DNA of 63,508 nucleotides, filler included, from Octopus bimaculoides (taxonomy: Eukaryota), in assembly GCF_001194135.2 (NCBI RefSeq). It is 5 parts of 5 records of this genome, joined end to end, with 100 filler letters (N's around TTAATTAATTAA, not from the genome) between each part and the next. Parts side by side here need not be neighbours in the genome. Positions count along the whole stretch, not along the records: positions 18,371 to 40,732 come from NC_069006.1; 4 more parts are not named here. The stretch is one strand, 5' to 3'. The position numbers and the translations under genes are program-made. The notes below the pieces were generated by a model that worked only from the letters and a program-made list of their open reading frames with translations, did no database searches and was not told the origin of the DNA. Numbering within the stretch: the first letter of the stretch is position 1; each line of letters begins with the position of its first letter. Positions 26,251-39,094 of the stretch are shown here, piece after piece.

Positions 26251-26544
26251 CAAAATTAAAACAAAAAAAAAGCATTTTCATATTTTCTAATAAAAACAAA
26301 TATGTAAAGACCTTTTGAATTTCATTAAAATAATCTCTTTATTAAATTTCTTTTTCCACAGAAGAAAAAAAAATCAAAACTATTCCATTTTTGATTTTCA
26401 TTAAAATATAGCAAACTTAATAGATTACAAATAAGGGAAAATGAAAAATAAATATGAACTGATATGTTTATGAAGAGAAATTATTTTGTGCTTCTTTTCT
26501 TTAGTGGCTCATTTACGGCAATCATTATGCTAGCATACTGGAAT

Positions 26545-26589
<45 letters not shown>

Positions 26590-27031
26590 AGAGAAAAAAG
26601 TTGAAAATGAAATTTAAGTAAATTTACTTCGCAAGAAACACTTTTTATGTGGAAAAACTTATTTTCCAGTGTGTGTGTGTGTGTGTGTNNNNNNNNNNNN
26701 NNNNNNNNNNNNNNNNNNNNNNNNNNNNNNNNNNNNNNNNNNNNNNNNNNNNNNNNNNNNNNNNNNNNNNNNNNNNNNNNNNNNNNNNNNNNNNNNNNNN
26801 NNNNNNNNNNNNNNNNNNNNNNNATATATATATATATATACATACATACATACACACACACACACATAGGGTGTCTCATAATAATAGGACACATTTTAAG
26901 CACAAGCAACTAGGAGTGTGACAAAGGCAACATTTAGAATCTTTTGAATGACTAAACAAATGTATGCCATTATTATGAGATTGTGTTTGTGTGAGTGTAT
27001 AAAAAACAAACACACAACCATACACACATGC

Positions 27032-27068
<37 letters not shown>

Positions 27069-27461
27069 TTTTAGCAAACATTAATGAATAACCATAAACA
27101 AGACAGGGCTGGGAAGATTTTCATTTTTGATTCTTGTTTAGTATTCATCCACAGAATGTTCTCTCTACAATGTTTTCCACTTCCTCATCGTGGTTAGGTT
27201 TGCTCAAGAAAAATTGGGAATTAATAATAGTAATAATAATCCTTTCTACTATAGGCACAAGACCTGAAATTTTGGGGCAGGGGTGCTCGTTGATTTCAGG
27301 GACCCCAGTGCTTAACTGGTACTTAATTTATCCACCCCAAAAGGATGACCAATGAAGCTGACCTTGGTGGAATTTGAACTCTGAACATAAAAACAGAAAA
27401 AATACCATTAAGCATTTAGTCTGGCAAGCTAACAATTCTGCCAGCTCACTGGCAACAATAA

Positions 27462-27915
27462 TAATAATAAGGCCAGACATTATATTGAAAGACTTCAGAC
27501 AAAAATCATGCCTCCTCGTTGATATGACTGTCCCAATCGATATAAGCATATCTGTCAAGACCTACCAAAAACTTGAAATAGAAATTAGCAAAATGTGGAA
27601 CCTGAAGACTAAAACAATGCCTGTTGTCATAGGTGCCCTAGGAATGATAGCAAAAGGGGCTGATTGCTACCTAGCTCGGATACCAGGAACCCCCATATCC
27701 TACGTAAAATACTATGCAATCTCAAATTTTTAAAACAAACTCATTATTTTCTTAAGGTTTCTTAAACAATCTCTAGAACAATATTATGTACAAAACCAAA
27801 TATATGGCACCCTAGGCATAAGACCAACTTCTAACTTGTTGTCTCTTGAGATCTCTGGGTGAGACTGGCAGCTAACATGTACAAATGCAAAGCAAAAGTC
27901 AAACATAAAATAATA
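27462..27915 (+). mobile_element. R4/Dong-like LINE 3' end (restriction-like endonuclease and 3' UTR)
   Basis: RPDIILKD...CLLVDMTVPID...KMWNLKTKTMPVVIGALG; bounded by (AAT)n on both sides. Confidence 0.88.
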
Positions 27916-27924
27916 ATAATTCTT

Positions 27925-28290
27925 TTCTTTTACTTGTTTCAGTCATTTTGATTGCAGCCATGCTGGAGCACCACCTTTAGTCGAGCAAATCGACCCCAGG
28001 GCTTATTCTTTGTAAGCCTAGTACTCATTCTACTGGTTCCTTTTGTAGAATAGCTAGGTTCCAGGGGCGTAAACACATCAACATCAGTTGTCAAGCGGAG
28101 GTGAGGGGGCAAAAAACAGACACACAAACATACACACACAGAAATATACGATGGGCTTCTTTCAGTTTCCATCTACCAAATCCACTCACAAGGCTTTGGT
28201 TGGCCCCGAGGCTATAGAAGACACTTACCCAAGGTGCCATGCAGTGGGACTGAACCTGGAACCATGTGGGTGGGAAGCAAGCTTCTTGCC
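27925..28290 (-). mobile_element. CORE-like tRNA-derived SINE
   Basis: Minus strand ...ggttcagtcccactgcatggcaccttgggtaagtgtcttctatagcc...; family also at 32660, 33650, 38515 and 54390. Confidence 0.8.
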
Positions 28291-28299
28291 ACAGAGCAC

Positions 28300-29246
28300 G
28301 GTTTCAAATATTGGCAGCAAGTTCAGGAGAGGGGTTAAGCTGATTACATTGACCCCAGTTTTCAGCTTGTCCTTATTTCATCAGCCCTGAAAGGATGAAA
28401 GGCAAAGTCAACCTTGGCAGAAATTTCGTTCAGTATGTAACAGCAAACAAAATACTGCTAAGAATTTGCTCTGGCATGCTAACACTTCTGCCAGCTCAAC
28501 ACCCTAACAACAACAACAACAACAACAACAATCATAATAGCTTCAAATTTTGCCACATGGGCAGCAATTTCAGGGGAGGAGATAAGTCAATTACATCAAC
28601 CCCAGTGTTTCACTGGTACTTAATCTATCGGTGGAATTTGAACTCGGAACATAGCAGCAAACAAAATATCACGAAGCATTTCACCTGGCATGCTAACGAT
28701 TCTGCCAGCTCGCTGCCTTAACAACAATAATAATAATCTTTTCTACTCCAGGCACAAGGCCTGAAATTTTGGGAGAGGGAGCCAGTCGATTAGATCAACC
28801 TCAGTATGCAACTGGTACTTAATTTATCGACCCCCAAAAAGATGAACAGCAAAGTCAACCACGAAGCATTTTATCTGGCATGCTAATTATTCTGTCAGTT
28901 CATCGCCTTAACAACAATAACGATAATAATAATAATAATAATAAAACTTTAAACATTTTCACTTGTGTAATTCCTGTGATTTTGTTTCAGTTCAATGATT
29001 ATCTCTCTCTTAATTTAAATTTTGCACAAAGGCGGTGAGCTGGCAGAAACGTTAGCATGCCGGACGAAATGCTTCGCGGTATTTCGTCTGTCTTTATGTT
29101 CTGAGTTCAAATTCCGTTGAGATCGACTTTGCCTTTCATCCTCTCGGGGTCAATAAATTAAGTACCAGTTGTGCACTGGGGTCAATCTAATTGACTGGCC
29201 CCCCCTCCTCCAAAATTTTGGGCCTTGTGCCTTGAGTAGAAAAGAA
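28300..29246. repeat. Cluster of four SINEs of one family: three minus copies (about 28300, 28530, 28735) and one plus copy (29031-29246)
   Basis: Shared head ggcggtgagctggcagaa.cgttagcatgcc and core gcctttcatcc...taagtaccag; copies separated by (AAC)/(AAT) runs. Confidence 0.85.
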
Positions 29247-29532
29247 TTTAAATTTCGCACTAGTTATGCCATATGTAGTATAACAACAGCAGTTTGAAGT
29301 GATGGACTAGGGACCATATACTATAAAAGAAAACAAAAATAACCCCCAAAATTTCACAGTAATAGCCATATAACACTGCTTGCCGAAATCCTTTTGTTAC
29401 CATATTATTAATGATTTGGTTTATTTTGAAAGTTATGAAGCATTTAGTAAATTAACTCTTATAATTAACCTGGTGTTTGGAACATAAATTAACATTGTTA
29501 ATTTGGTAGGTTTTAATTCTAGAACACTTTAA

Positions 29533-29710
29533 CCCTTTTGTTACCATATTTCAGTTGAATATATTTTGATTAATTTGGAAAATTAATCAAATATTTAGTC
29601 AAAGAACATAAATTAATTTTAATGGAGGGTTTTAATATAAATGACTTTAAAACAAAAGAATTGGTATCACAGAATCAAGAGTAGCCCCAGATAGGTTGGT
29701 ATAAAAAGGG
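29533..29710. mobile_element. piggyBac-like MITE (second family)
   Basis: TTAA-cccttttgttacc ... ggtataaaaaggg-TCAA. Confidence 0.55.
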
Positions 29711-29809
29711 TCAATTTATTTAACAAAAAGATTCCATTTCTACTTTATGGTTGAGTGGTTAACGGCAGAAGATCACAATCCATATATCTCCACAGATCTT
29801 TTATCTTTT

Positions 29810-30150
29810 ACTTGTTTCAGTCATTAGACAGTGGCCATGCTGGGGCACCACCTTCACGAATTTTTGTTGAATGAATTGACTCCAGTATTGGTATTTTTGG
29901 CTTTTTTTTTCTGCCAAACCACTAAATTACAGAGACATAAACACACCGACACCAGTTGTCACGGAATAGTAGAGGACATGCACACACACACACACCGAGT
30001 TTCTTCCAGTTTCTGTCTACCAAATCTACTCACAAGGTTTTGGTCGGCCAGAGGCTATAGTAGGAGACACTTGCCCAAGGTACCACAAGTGGAACTGAAC
30101 CCAGAACCATGTGGTTCAGAAGCAAATTTCTTACCGCAGAGCCACATGTA
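29810..30150 (-). mobile_element. CORE-like SINE
   Basis: Diverged match to the 27925 copy. Confidence 0.75.
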
Positions 30151-31434
30151 AGAAAACACACACACACACACACACGCACACACTGGATAATGCTATCCTC
30201 CATAAGCTCTGTTGGAATTTTATGCCTGGGAAGCTATTGACCACAGACTACAAAAAATAACTTATACAATATGAATGTCTAAATTAACAGAAGTCACTGA
30301 ACTGAGTCTAATGGGGAATCATAAATTGAAACCAAAGAGAGAGGGGGGGGGGAGAGGAAGAAAGAGGGAGAGAGAGGAGTATTCATTCTAGTTGTGTATA
30401 CCAAACCAAACCAAACCAAACAGGAAATCCCCTAGTGTGTCTCTTGTTCATGAATATTCATAATTTATTTATTCTTTTACAGAGGTACAAAACTTCAGAT
30501 AATTTTTTCCATTTTTTTTTTTGTGTGTAAAGAGATCGCAAAATGTATTTACTACAATCCAGAATAAAAGACAGATTCCGTATTCAGTCTGCTATAAGCT
30601 TATCATATTTGATGATATATAAAACACGCTTTCTTTTCGAAAAATGTCTTTAAGGGAAAAAAATACCACAGATCCTACATGTGAAGTTGGGCCTCTCACA
30701 GACTTCAATGCACCAAAAAGTCTTTTCTTGAATATATGCTGCTAAAATTGGGGTGGATCTAATAGGTTTGGGTATCTTTTATGCTCTTAGATATGGCAAT
30801 TCCTTCTCTACAGAATTTTATTACATGATTTATTATGGAAACAGAAATCTTTCAAATGTTCGTTTACTTTGTTTTTGTTTTTAAATCTGTGGCAAGGGCA
30901 GTTTTATTTTTTGTTTATGTTCTACTTAAAGACCCATTAAATTCAAAATTGTACAGCTGATGGATGTTATTTGGAAATTTAGATTATTTTTTTCTTTCTA
31001 TGTTCATTTTGGATGGAATGGTTATAAAACTTTAGATATTGTACAGGAATTGTTAAATGCTAAACATCTTGTCTTGCGATTCAAAATGTTGAAACTGGAG
31101 TAAAAAAAAAAAATGACAAGGAAAGCAGATGAAGAATCAGACATAGATAAGCAGATGAAAATGGTAAAAACCTGACAGAGAACCACATAAACAGACCAGG
31201 TAGACAAGATATAGAGAGGAAAATGCTACACATTTATAGCTGAAAATAAGTTTAAACACTGAGCAGTGGCAGTATGTTTAAGAACTGTTCATTGCAAGGT
31301 TTCAATGCCTGCAGAGTATTGTGAAAATAATGTTTCATTTCTTCGTTTTTCGGGAAATAAATTAGATATGAAGTGAAGCATAAAAATAATATTGGCTATA
31401 GCTTTGATAAAGCAGATAATGAGGCGAAGGATTT

Positions 31435-31473
<39 letters not shown>

Positions 31474-32284
31474 GAAAATGTCAGTGCTGGATTTCACATC
31501 AATATTGATTGCAATTATCTTGCAGATGCTAAATTAAGTTTATATATATATATATATATATATATAGTGCACTGTTTCATGATGGTAAGATCAACAAAAA
31601 CAAGCACTGCGTCTGTTGAAAGCATTTTATATATAATGGCAGTGCTTCAGCATGGCTGAAACTTGTAAAGAATATAAAAGATATGTAACTATATTACTCA
31701 ATATGTCCTTTCTCTAATTGAAGATGAAAGGACATATTGCTATTTATAATATAAGTTGCAGTGATTTTTGTAAATGCGGGTATGTACATACATACCTACA
31801 CACATATCTGTCTATTGATATATAAGCATATTATGAACACACACATATATAAATATTATGCAAAGATATCTAGTCTTCATTCTACTCATCTTCCAAGTTC
31901 AGAACTAGCAGGAAAATTTGTTGAAAGGAAAATACAAACAATGCATTCAGTATCTCTTCTTTTTTTAAGCAAAGCACACAATGTAAGCATTCATACACAC
32001 ACACACACACACACATAGGTTACAGTGGAGTGATAAGTTGAAAAAGATCTTTGTTTGGCCACTTGGAATAGAGTACTCAAAGGAGAATCAGAGAATGAAT
32101 AAAAAATATTAAATTCATAATTGTTAGTCTGACAAAATATATTTGGTTTCATTGTAATGCACCAAAGATGAAACAGGACATTTGTGTCTGACAAATGAGC
32201 ATGGATTATCTATCTATCTATCTATCTATCTAATTGAATAAAATAGAGTCAACAAGGAGTTTGGTTAGACAACTATTTTATAAA

Positions 32285-32384
32285 CACTACATACGTTTCG
32301 ATACAACAGATCCACATATACACAGGATTTAAATTAAGCAATGGTTTACCTGTATAATGGGATCCAGCTGTATCTCGTCAGGTG
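32285..32384 (-). ncRNA. Hammerhead ribozyme motif with a long helix II (HHR4), not linked to any ORF
   Basis: CAC CTGACGA GATACAGC TGGATCCCATTATACAGG [22-nt loop] CCTGTGTATATGTGGATCT GTTGTATC GAAAC GTAT GTA GTG. Helix II starts with the canonical G10.1-C11.1 pair and 8 contiguous pairs; helix I CAC/GTG. Predicted cleavage between 32288 and 32287. Confidence 0.85.
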
Positions 32385-33884
32385 GTATACAATCGCTGTC
32401 CCCATTAGTAAACCTTTGACTTCGATGCTAACACATCTAACTATATATATATATATATATATAGCCTTGTGAGTGAATTTGGTAAGCAGAAGTTCCATAC
32501 ACACACACACATATAAGGGTACTGAAATATATATCATCATCATCGTTTAACGTCCGCTTTCCATGCTAGCATGGGTTGGACGACTTGACTGAGGATTGGT
32601 GAAACCGGATGGCAACACCAGGCTCCAACACACACACATGCATGTATACACACAAACACACCAAGCTTAGTAGAGTTTCCATCTACCAAATTTACTAAAA
32701 AGAATCAGTTGGCCAAAGGTTATAGTGGAAGGCACTTGCCCAAGGCACTGCACAGTGGGACTGAACCTGAAAACCCATAGTTGCGAAGTGAGCTTCTGAA
32801 CCACACAGCCATGCCTGCACCTTGTATCTCTTTTACAGCAGGACATTGTGCTTGTCCATCTATCATACTTTAACATCTGAAACCGGGCATAAGGCTACCT
32901 CCTCCTATCTTAAATACATGCCTACCACTCAGCTAGGGAGGTTTTTCTTTTTGTTGCAAGTTACTTGGCAACCACACTAGTGCTGGTGCCATGAAAAGAA
33001 AGCACCCTAAAGATATTGTCAAGTGGCTGGCATTAGGAAGGGCATTCAGCTGTAGAAATCATACCAAAGCAGGCACTGGAGCCTGACACAGTTCTTTAAC
33101 CTGTTGGATCCTGTTAAACTATACAACCCATGCCAGCATGGAAAATGGGCATTAAATGATGATGATTATATTTTATATTTATTTTACTTGAAAAGCTCAA
33201 AAGCAAAGAGATAAAGATAGCAGAAACAGGTTTGATGCTACTTGAAGTTTCTAGTCTGGACCTGCATGTTGACAGCAGTCACCTTCTCAAAACTTGGTGG
33301 TTATTTGAGAATATAGTCCCTACATCTGTGCCTGGGTAGTATTCAGAAAGCCTGTGCAGTCCATTCTAAAGTATGAAGAGGGTGGGGTTATTCTAGAAAA
33401 TCATCATCATTGTTTTAATGCCCACTTCCCCATGCTTGCATGAGCCAACCAGAGTTTACTGATGTAGATTTTCTACAGCTGGATACCCCTTCCTGTCACC
33501 AAGCAAGGAAATATTTCCCCATGGCAAGATAAGGTTTCATGGAAGAATGGAAATGAATCACACTGCTTGTATGACAGGGACACTCATTTACAACCACCAT
33601 ATGATGTCAAGAAGACACAAGCGTACTCACTCACACATACACACAATGAGTTTCTTTCAGTTTCTGTCTATCAAATCCACTCACAAGAGTTTCTTCAGTC
33701 TGTGACCATAGTAAAAGACACAATGGGCTTGAACCCAAAAGCCTATAATTGGGAAGCTAATTTATTAACTACACAGCCACATGGGCTAAAAATGAAGACC
33801 TTCTACTCAATACCTGGCTGGGCAGCTACATCCAGCAGGTCCCCTTTCACCTGGTTGAAGTTCAAGGAAACTGAATCTAGATCT

Positions 33885-34500
33885 AAGATCTTCCGATCTG
33901 ATCTTTTAAACATGGAATGTAAGAACACTTCTCGATCTTAGCCAGAATGACATTCAACGTTTGAGTCGAAAGAACTCTCTCGTTTCGATATTGACATTGC
34001 TGTCCTGTGTGAAACAGGACTTACAGGAGAAGGAAAGCTTGAGGAATTCTGGTTATACTTTGTATCGGAAAGAGAAAGTCAAAGGAGGGAGAGAAGAATC
34101 GGATGAATCAGTTTTACCCCTTTAGCATTCAGATTACTTTTGTCAAGTATGATGCTTAAGATATCCACATTGTTTTGAATTAAGAATTCCTTATCGCATA
34201 GCTTCAAGATTTTGATGGTACAATGGTTTATTTTTAGAATCATATTGTAGGGTAGGTGTGAGAGACCAAACTTGGCTGGTTTGAATATCAAACAGGTAGA
34301 ATATCTGTGCTGCATATGGTCGGTTTAAATGCTAAGGGATTTCTGTTGAAGCCAGGATTGTATGAGATCATCAACAAAGGACTTACAACTCTCTGTCTAC
34401 CATTATCTCAAGACATCTTTATTACACTCATTTTATACTCCAGCTTTTGATGCTGCTGAAGATGTGAAAAATCAATGGAAGGACTTCAAAGAACCTAGCT
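33885..34500 (+). mobile_element. RTE-type LINE, AP-endonuclease fragment, interrupted by a MITE
   Basis: TWNVRTLLD...KELSRFDIDIAVLCETGLTGEGKL...; resumes after 34340 with INKGLTTLCLPL...YTPAFDAAEDVK. Confidence 0.8.
34117..34338 (+). mobile_element. piggyBac-like MITE
   Basis: Ends cccctttagcatt / aatgctaaggg with degenerate TTAA flanks. Confidence 0.75.
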
Positions 34501-35315
34501 GATTTTCCAAATGATTAATCAAACAATCAATGAGTTAATTAGTTAAATGATTAACCACTTCACTAGTAATAACAAAAGAAGTGAAATAGAATCAGTGTGT
34601 ATGGTTATCATTGGCATAATGATCCTCCCAAGATACAACAAAATCTATTCCAACACATCATGAATTTTGCCCATCAAATATAAAAATGAGATATTCAAAT
34701 TGATAAAAAAGGTGAAAATAATGCCATGGACTGTGAACCCTACAACACATTTTTTTGTTGTCAATTCTTACCAATAGATTATGACTTGAAAGTTCAGGCT
34801 AAGTTTGGGAGTAAATAAGTACTCAAGTGAAAAGAGAGTGTTTTTGACCGGAGGTAACTTAGCATTGATGTAGCTGTGTGAAAGTTGTAAATGGTTAACG
34901 TCAAAATTGGTTCTGTAGCATCATGAGTTTTAGATAATGTTAAAAATGCTAACTCCATTTACAATAACATCATAAATAGACAAGAAAATACACCAGAAGC
35001 ATATATTCCGTAAATTAGGAAGAATAAACACCAACTACGTCCTATGGAGACCAAAGAAAATAATTATGAAAAGAGAAGAATTGAAGGAAGCATATAAAAG
35101 TTACAGCTAAAATGAGTAAATTCACAAGAACAAAGAAAGCAGAATTGGAATATGTAGAAAAACAATGAGAGGAGATTTCTAAAACAAGTTTGTATTCAGG
35201 ATAAAATAAATATAATGCTGTATGGTTTAGAAAACTAACAATCTCCTCTCACAAGAGCAACTGTGAGTGAAACAAGAGAGAGAGAAAACTGATAGAGGAA
35301 AACTCAAGTGTAAAC

Positions 35316-35575
35316 CAGTGGTGCTCAACCATTTTCTTTTATCTATGGCTACCCTTTGACTCTTATTTTACTCCAGTGGAGCCTTATAGCTATTCAATGT
35401 TTAAAAAACCCTATTGTATTTTTATTATTAATTTTATTAGGGATTATATTAAAAAGAAACTGTTAAAATATGTTGTGTATTGTAAAAGAATAAGCAATTT
35501 ATTGCTCATGAATTTTAACAAAAAATCTTACATGGACCCCCAAGGGCCATATGGAGCCCTGGTTGAGAACCACTG
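35316..35575. mobile_element. hAT-type MITE (260 bp) with a perfect TSD
   Basis: TIRs cagtggtgctcaacc / ggttgagaaccactg; GTGTAAAC at 35308-35315 and 35576-35583. Confidence 0.93.
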
Positions 35576-35849
35576 GTGTAAACAATCCTAAAGACCGAAT
35601 TTTGAAATAGAAGGAACATTTTTTTCTTAACCTACTTGGACAGCACAAGGCTAGCAATTTCAGGGGAGGGGTAAATCGATGTCATTGACCCCAGTCTGCA
35701 GCTGGTACTTACTTTTATTGACTCTGAAAGAATGAAAAACGGAGTTGACTTTGGTGGAATCTGAACTCAGAACTTTCAGACAGACAAAATGCCACTGAGC
35801 ATTCTGCCTGGTATGCTAACGATTCTGCCAGTTTGCCACCATAGACCAA

Positions 35850-36200
35850 CCTATCATTCATGTTGTGAAAGAAGCCAAAGTTACAGATATGAATAACTTT
35901 ACTAAAGAAAAACTAAAGAATTGTGACAGGTCCCTTTCAAATAACAAGGCACCAGGTTTTCATAATAAACCAGCGGAACAATAGAAAACAAGAGCACTCC
36001 TGGTTAAATATGAACTGTGGACAATAAAACCTTATATCAAGACAAAGCTGAGAAATTGGTAAAAAAAAAAAATTGCCTGGTACCAATCACCTCTGCTCAC
36101 CCAAAGAAATCTTGAATATGTTAAAGAATATTGAAGCATTAGTTTATCGGTTATTGCAGCTAGAAATCTACAAGATGTGGCTTTTAAGAAAACACCTGCC
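35850..36200 (+). mobile_element. Old LINE fragment (start of the RT region)
   Basis: FTKEKLKN...LSNNKAPG...PAE resembles FT..EL....L.N.KA.G.D.IPAE. Confidence 0.45.
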
Positions 36201-36741
36201 CCCATATAGAACCATTACTAAGAATCAACCAAAATAGTTTTCATTTGGGGAAATCAACATGGTTGCAAATTCATTTCCATACATAGTCATAAATGTAAAT
36301 GGACAAATACACATACAATCATACTTATAAATATACATACATAAGTGAAGTAGATACAACCAGACAACTGAACACAAATACTGTGTCATTTTTAAGAACA
36401 TGAAATATCTCTTGTATTTTGATAATGACATTTTCTCTAAATCATATGAAATATATATATATATATATAGATATATCAAAAGATGTTAACAACAAAATAG
36501 CAAAGATGGTATTAAAATATATATAAAAAACAGAATTTTAACAAAATAGAAAATAAAAATTTTATATATATATCACTTAAATGTTAAAGGGGCTTCTGAA
36601 TGACCTTCTCTGTGTGTGTGTGTGAGTGTGTGTTTGTAACGGTATTCAGTTGTAGAAGAATGCCTCAATAACATATTCATCTAACCCATGCAAGCATGGA
36701 AAAATGGACATAAAAAATGATTGAAGATATGAATATACGCA

Positions 36742-36772
<31 letters not shown>

Positions 36773-36828
36773 ACACACATTTGTATGTATATATGTATGT
36801 ATATGTACATTATATAAATATATATGTA

Positions 36829-36886
<58 letters not shown>

Positions 36887-37044
36887 TATATTTGTGCATA
36901 TATATATATATATGTATGTATATGCATATACATGTACATTATGCAGTCATAATGTTCATACATGTGAGTACGTGCATAGAATATTTGAATAAATATGTCT
37001 GCATGTATTTATGTTCCACAGTAAACTTATAAATTACACCAACA

Positions 37045-37546
37045 TTACGGCAAGTCGTCTAATTCATTCTCAACAAAAAGCTGCTGCAACGTGTCGTATA
37101 CTACTTTCGAATGTTCTATAACCCGGTCAATCTGTTTGTTGTCATCTTCTTCAGTCTTCAGCTTGGCAACAAGCTGCGCTTTCTTTGGCAGTGTGTACAT
37201 AGCGATATACACACCTTGCTTGACGAGCCAAGGGTGGAACTTGGCCAGTGTGTCATCGTATGCTTTCTGTGTGAGCACAGAAAGCTTTACATCTTCGGCG
37301 GCATGTCTCATTTGTTTAATGAACTCCATCACAAACTCAAAAGCCCTGTGTAGTCGGAGTAGTGTCCTGCTGCCAGACAAGCTATTATTTGTGGTAATTT
37401 CATTCTCAATCTCATACTGCATCATTCGGTTGACGGTGACGTAATTCTCCCCGTCTGAAGAATTCCTGTATTTGTGCAAAATGGAAACCTTGCTATTCAC
37501 CTCCGAAGCAACAAATCCAAACGCTTTGCCAAGAAGATATAAGAAT
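37045..37546 (-). CDS. CPTP: Ceramide-1-phosphate transfer protein (GLTP-domain, GLTPD1), terminal coding exon
   Basis: Acceptor ttttcttgttaatcttttgcag| at 37547, phase 2. Protein FLYLLGKAFGFVASEVNSK...SGSRTLLRLHRAF...YDDTLAKFHPWLVK...AMYTLP...ENELDDLP* matches CPTP/ACD11 motifs (RTxLRLHR, HPW, C-terminal LxDLP). Arg rather than the GLTP Trp indicates the phosphate-headgroup subtype. The ORF-track start MLNFET... is intronic. Confidence 0.93.
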
Positions 37547-37799
37547 CTGCAAAAGATTAACAAGAAAAAAAAAAAAAAAAGAGTAATAATAGTTTCAAAA
37601 TTTAGCACAAGGCCAGCAATTTTAAGGGGAGGGAGAAGTTAGCTACATAAACATCAGTAATCAACTGGTAGTTTAATTTATTAATCCTGAAAGGATAAAA
37701 GCAAAATAAGCTGGAAGAAATGTACAAAGCATTTTGTCAGATGTGCAAATGGATCTGCAAGTTTGCTGCCTTAGGTAATAATAATAATAATAATAATCA

Positions 37800-38055
37800 T
37801 CATCATCATCGTTTAACGTCCGCTTTCCATGCTAGCATGGGTTGGACGATTTGACTGAGGACTGGTGGACCAGGAGGCTACACCAGGCTCCAATCTGATT
37901 TGGCAGAGTTTCTACAGCTGGATAGAGTGTAGTGGGTGCTTTTACGTGTCACCAGCACGAAGGCCAGTCAGGCGGTACTGGCAACGGCCACGCTCAAAAT
38001 GGTGTATTTTATGTGCCACCCGCACAAGAGCCAGTCCAGGGGCACTGGCAACGAT
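37800..38055 (-). mobile_element. (GAT)n-tailed SINE in the CPTP intron; other SINEs at 37600-37780, 38095-38265 and 38515-38880
   Basis: Reverse complement of the 40395 family. Confidence 0.85.
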
Positions 38056-39094
38056 CTCAATAATAATAATAATAATAATAATAATAATCCTTTCTACTAT
38101 AGGCACAAAACCTGAAATTTTGGTGGAGGGAGTAAGTTGATTACATTGACCTCCGTGCTCAACTGGTACTTATTTTACCAAACCCGAAAGGATGAAAGAC
38201 AAAGTCAACCATAGTGGTATTTGAACTCAGAACATGAAAACAGACAAAATACTGCTAAGCAGAGGAAAAACAATCAGGGGCTATTGGAAAGATGCCCAAG
38301 GGCTGCATGACTTCCTGGAAAGCATGGATGAGAACAGCTGCTGTGGGCAGAATCAAACTAGTCCACATTTCAATGGAGAAGAGTATAGACATTTGTAACA
38401 GCAAGATTTATTTCAATGATGTTTAACAATGGGCTTCAGTGTTGCCATTGTCAACATGGAGAGGTTGAAATAACAAGAAGCTGGTGACTCATAGCTTCAT
38501 ATTTTGTCTTTTGTTTTTTTACTTGTTTCAGTCATTGGACTATGGCAATGCTGGGGCATTACCTTGAACGGTTTAGTCAAACAAATCGACTCCAGTAAAT
38601 AGTTTTAAGGCTTGTACTTATTTTATCAACCTCTTTTGCCAAACTGCCAAGTTACGGGGATGTAAACAAACCAACACCAGTTGTCAAGCAGTTGTTGGGG
38701 AAAAACAAACACACACACGATGTACTGCCACACAGTTTCTGTCAACCAAATTTACTTTCAAGACATTGGTTGACCTGGAGCTGTTGTAGAAGACACCAGC
38801 CCAAGATGCCGCAGGGTCGGACGGAACCTGAAACTGTGTGATTACAAAATGAGCTTCTTAACCAACTCAGCCATGCCTGCATCTTCCTTCACAATTTCTC
38901 AACAATCAGAGAATAAAGCCAAATTTCTTTTGTTTTTTATTTTTCCATTTTGTCCACATCAGTGTCAATTTGGGGAGTGTTACACAACTTGCAATCATTG
39001 ACTACAACATATTGTACATATTAAAGGATTGAAACCTGTATAACATTTGGGGACCCTCTCTCAGCTGCAAGGTCCTTGCCTTGCAAGCTCACGG

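Noticed and set aside
30644-30745. 33-codon ORF MSLREK...NICC ending in a CC motif, and an FTCRICG peptide on the opposite strand
   Set aside because: Short enough to arise by chance, no homology recognised, and no complete C2H2 pattern.
32346-32430. Apparent 78-nt exon with a strong donor (CAG|gtaaac)
   Set aside because: Poor acceptor next to (TA)n; the CpG content and sequence are better explained by HHR4.
37457-37495. CTGAAGA...GAAAC antisense to CPTP
   Set aside because: No helix II or cleavage triplet; chance match in coding sequence.
37547-37608. Hydrophobic N-terminus MLNFETIITLFFFFFLLIFC of the CPTP ORF
   Set aside because: It is the intron polypyrimidine tract plus a SINE edge upstream of the 3' splice site.
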